A stretch of DNA of 32,000 nucleotides from Desulfobulbus propionicus DSM 2032 (GTDB taxonomy: Bacteria; Desulfobacterota; Desulfobulbia; Desulfobulbales; Desulfobulbaceae): contig NC_014972.1 in assembly GCF_000186885.1 (NCBI RefSeq), positions 3,030,001 through 3,062,000 on the forward strand, in the 5' to 3' direction. The notes under the pieces were generated by a model. The model ran no database searches, was not told the DNA's origin, and was given only the letters and a program-made list of their open reading frames with translations. Below, one piece after another: positions 29,902 to 32,000 of the stretch (within the stretch, counting starts at the first letter, position 1; each line of letters opens with the position of its first letter). Made by a program: the position numbers and the translations under genes.

Positions 29902-30698
29902 CCCATCGCCCTGGCGACGATGGCGGCATCAAAGTAGTTCATGCCCATGCCAGCGTCGACCACCAGGCACTGGCCGGTCATGCCCGAGGACCGAGGCGAG
30001 AGGAGAAAGGCGGCCACATTGGCGGCCTCGTCGGTCTGCACTGCCCGCTTGCGCAGGGTGGCCTGTTCGGCAAAGAGATAGCTGTCGATGTAGCCAGGAA
30101 TGCCGGCCGAGGCCGAGGTCTTGAGCAGGCCGGGGCAGACGGCGTTGAAGCGGACCTCGGAGAAGGCGGAAAAGCTTTTGGCCAGGAAGCAGAGCGACGA
30201 TTCGAGCGCCGCCTTGACCGGGGCCATGTAGCCGTAATTCTCCGCCGCCATGCGGGTGGTGGAGATGGAAATGGTCACCAGCGAGGCCTGCCGGGCCAGC
30301 AGTTCCTTGAAATGGTTGGCGATGCTGATGAACGAGAAGCAGGAGATATCCATGGCCTGGAGGAAATCGCGCTTCGGCGTCTGATGGAAGGGCCGCATGC
30401 CCTCACTGTAGTTGGCAAAGGCGATGGAGTGGACGATGCCGTCGATGGGTTCGCTGATGTGGCCGGCGATCTCGTCGCGGACCCGGACGATGTTGGCCTC
30501 GTCTTCGACATCGCAGCAGAACACCGGGCTGGTGGGGAAGAGCTTGGCCGCTGCTTCCGCCCGCTGCCCGCTGCGCACCACATGGACCACTGTTGCCCCG
30601 GCCTCGACCAGCACCCGGCCGATGGCGCAGGCCACCGATTTCTTGTTGGCCAGGCCAAAGACCACAATCGTTTTGCCCGCAAGCTGCAAAAAATCCAC
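29898..30698 (-). CDS. FabI-like enoyl-ACP reductase / SDR oxidoreductase
   Basis: [44 protein letters not shown]-x6-K (YGYMAPVK), [36 protein letters not shown] start directly after the TGA of the upstream gene. Confidence 0.85.
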   Translation of the reverse strand: MDFLQLAGKTIVVFGLANKKSVACAIGRVLVEAGATVVHVVRSGQRAEAAAKLFPTSPVFCCDVEDEANIVRVRDEIAGHISEPIDGIVHSIAFANYSEGMRPFHQTPKRDFLQAMDISCFSFISIANHFKELLARQASLVTISISTTRMAAENYGYMAPVKAALESSLCFLAKSFSAFSEVRFNAVCPGLLKTSASAGIPGYIDSYLFAEQATLRKRAVQTDEAANVAAFLLSPRSSGMTGQCLVVDAGMGMNYFDAAIVARAMG

Positions 30699-31133
30699 TC
30701 AGCCCCCCTTGCGCGCGCAGGCGAACTCCACCTGCACCGCAGTTTTGCCGCCCACCTTGACCGCACCTTTCATGATCCAGGCCGGCCCCATCCGCTCGAC
30801 TAGGGAGGCGCTAATCTCCAGGGTATCGCCGGGCCGAACCTCGCGTTTGAATTTGGCGCCGAGGATGCGGGTCAGCACCGGCACGCCGTCGCCCTCTTCC
30901 GCCGCGCCGCGCATCCGTTCACCGATCAGCAGGGCCCCAGCCTGAAAGACCGCCTCGCAGAGCAGCACACCGGGCATGAGCGGATAGTCGGGATAATGGC
31001 CGCGAAAGACATCCAGATCTTCGTCCACCTTTTTCTCGGCGCGAATGGTGTCGCCGCTGATCGCCACCACCCGGTCCAGCCAGAGAAAGGGCGGCCGGTG
31101 GGGAATGCGTTCGAGAATGAAGGGATCAATCAT
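30699..31133 (-). CDS. FabZ/FabA-like hotdog-fold 3-hydroxyacyl-ACP dehydratase
   Basis: ILERIPHRPPFLWLDRVV, GHYPDYPLMPGVLLCEAVFQAGALL. Confidence 0.85.
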   Translation of the reverse strand: MIDPFILERIPHRPPFLWLDRVVAISGDTIRAEKKVDEDLDVFRGHYPDYPLMPGVLLCEAVFQAGALLIGERMRGAAEEGDGVPVLTRILGAKFKREVRPGDTLEISASLVERMGPAWIMKGAVKVGGKTAVQVEFACARKGG

Positions 31134-31138
31134 GATGG

Positions 31139-31879
31139 TTACAGCCCGCCGGTGATTTCGAGCACCGCGCCGTTGATGTAGGCGGCACGATCGCTCGCGA
31201 GAAAGAGCACCGCCTCGGCCACTTCGGCCGGGGTGCCGAAACGGTTTGCCGGCACCATCTTCTTGTATTCCTTCACCTGCGCCTCGGGCAGATCAGCGAT
31301 CAGTTCGGTGGCGATGAACCCGGGCGAGACGCCGTTGACCGTGATCTTGCGCTTGGCCACCTCCTTGGAGAGCGATTTCATCAGGCCCACCTGGCCGGCC
31401 TTGGAGGCGGCGTAGTTGGCCTGGCCGGCAAAGCCCAGATGGCCCATGGGCGAGGTGACAAAGACGATGCGGCCATACTTCTGCTTCATCATCAGCGGCA
31501 CCGCGAACTTGGACATGGTGTAGCCGCCGGTGAGGTTGACATCGATCACCCGCCGCCAGTCCTCCTCCTTCATCATCGCCAGGACCGCATCACGGCGGAT
31601 GCCGGCGTTGTTGACCAGGATGTCGAGGGTCTCCCACTCGGCTTCCAGCTCGGCAAAAAAGGCAGCCACGGCCGGGTAGTCGCTGACATCCAGCTGCCTG
31701 AGCCGCAGACGGTCGCCGTATTGCGCACAGTCCAACCGCATGGCCTCGGCTGCCGCTGCATTGCCGCCATAGACCCCGACCACGTTTGCCCCCTGGGCGA
31801 GCAACGCCTCGGTGATGGCCCGGCCAATGCCGCGGGTGGCACCGGTGACGAGAGCTTTTTTCCCTTCAAATTCGAGCAT
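31139..31879 (-). CDS. FabG-like 3-oxoacyl-ACP reductase
   Basis: GKKALVTGATRGIGRAITEALLAQGANVVGVYGG, ILVNNAGIRRDA, NYAASKAGQVGLMKSLSKEVAKRKITVNGVSPGFIATEL, YINGAVLEITGG. Confidence 0.92.
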   Translation of the reverse strand: MLEFEGKKALVTGATRGIGRAITEALLAQGANVVGVYGGNAAAAEAMRLDCAQYGDRLRLRQLDVSDYPAVAAFFAELEAEWETLDILVNNAGIRRDAVLAMMKEEDWRRVIDVNLTGGYTMSKFAVPLMMKQKYGRIVFVTSPMGHLGFAGQANYAASKAGQVGLMKSLSKEVAKRKITVNGVSPGFIATELIADLPEAQVKEYKKMVPANRFGTPAEVAEAVLFLASDRAAYINGAVLEITGGL

Positions 31880-32000
31880 GGATTTTTTATTACCGTTTTG
31901 CTAATTATTTTAATTTTGAGCTAACACTCCAAAAAAGCGTGATTTCCTATAACCCAAACCCCAAAAAGAGGAACTTTTGACGAGACACTTAATTTTTGCA

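Overview
The window looks like a chromosomal segment from a deltaproteobacterial (Desulfobulbales-like) sulfate-reducer-type genome; the taxonomic guess is inference from protein character. Almost all of it is assigned coding sequence: mnmG-lgt; a convergent HU gene; an orphan NarL/FixJ response regulator; an unusual single ORF fusing endonuclease III (Nth) to exonuclease III/AP endonuclease (Xth); a beta-carbonic anhydrase; a three-gene exopolysaccharide control module (GNVR/Wzz protein, ExeA/XrtA-type AAA ATPase, BY-kinase with a C-terminal Tyr cluster); a PPP-family phosphatase; efp-epmA; a translationally coupled yfcE-like/HIT/mutS operon; an AMIN/Amidase_3 cell-wall amidase; the ATP synthase operon atpF'-F-H-A-G-D-C; and at the right edge a tightly overlapping operon, fabG-like/FabZ-like hotdog/FabI-like SDR/DUF1232/oleA/oleB/oleC/oleD. 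Two observations merit the most follow-up. First, the oleABCD head-to-head hydrocarbon (beta-lactone) pathway is wired directly behind a dedicated fatty-acid-synthase-like reductive module. Second, the Nth-Xth base-excision-repair fusion retains both sets of catalytic motifs. No CRISPR, tRNA, rRNA or transposase was found.
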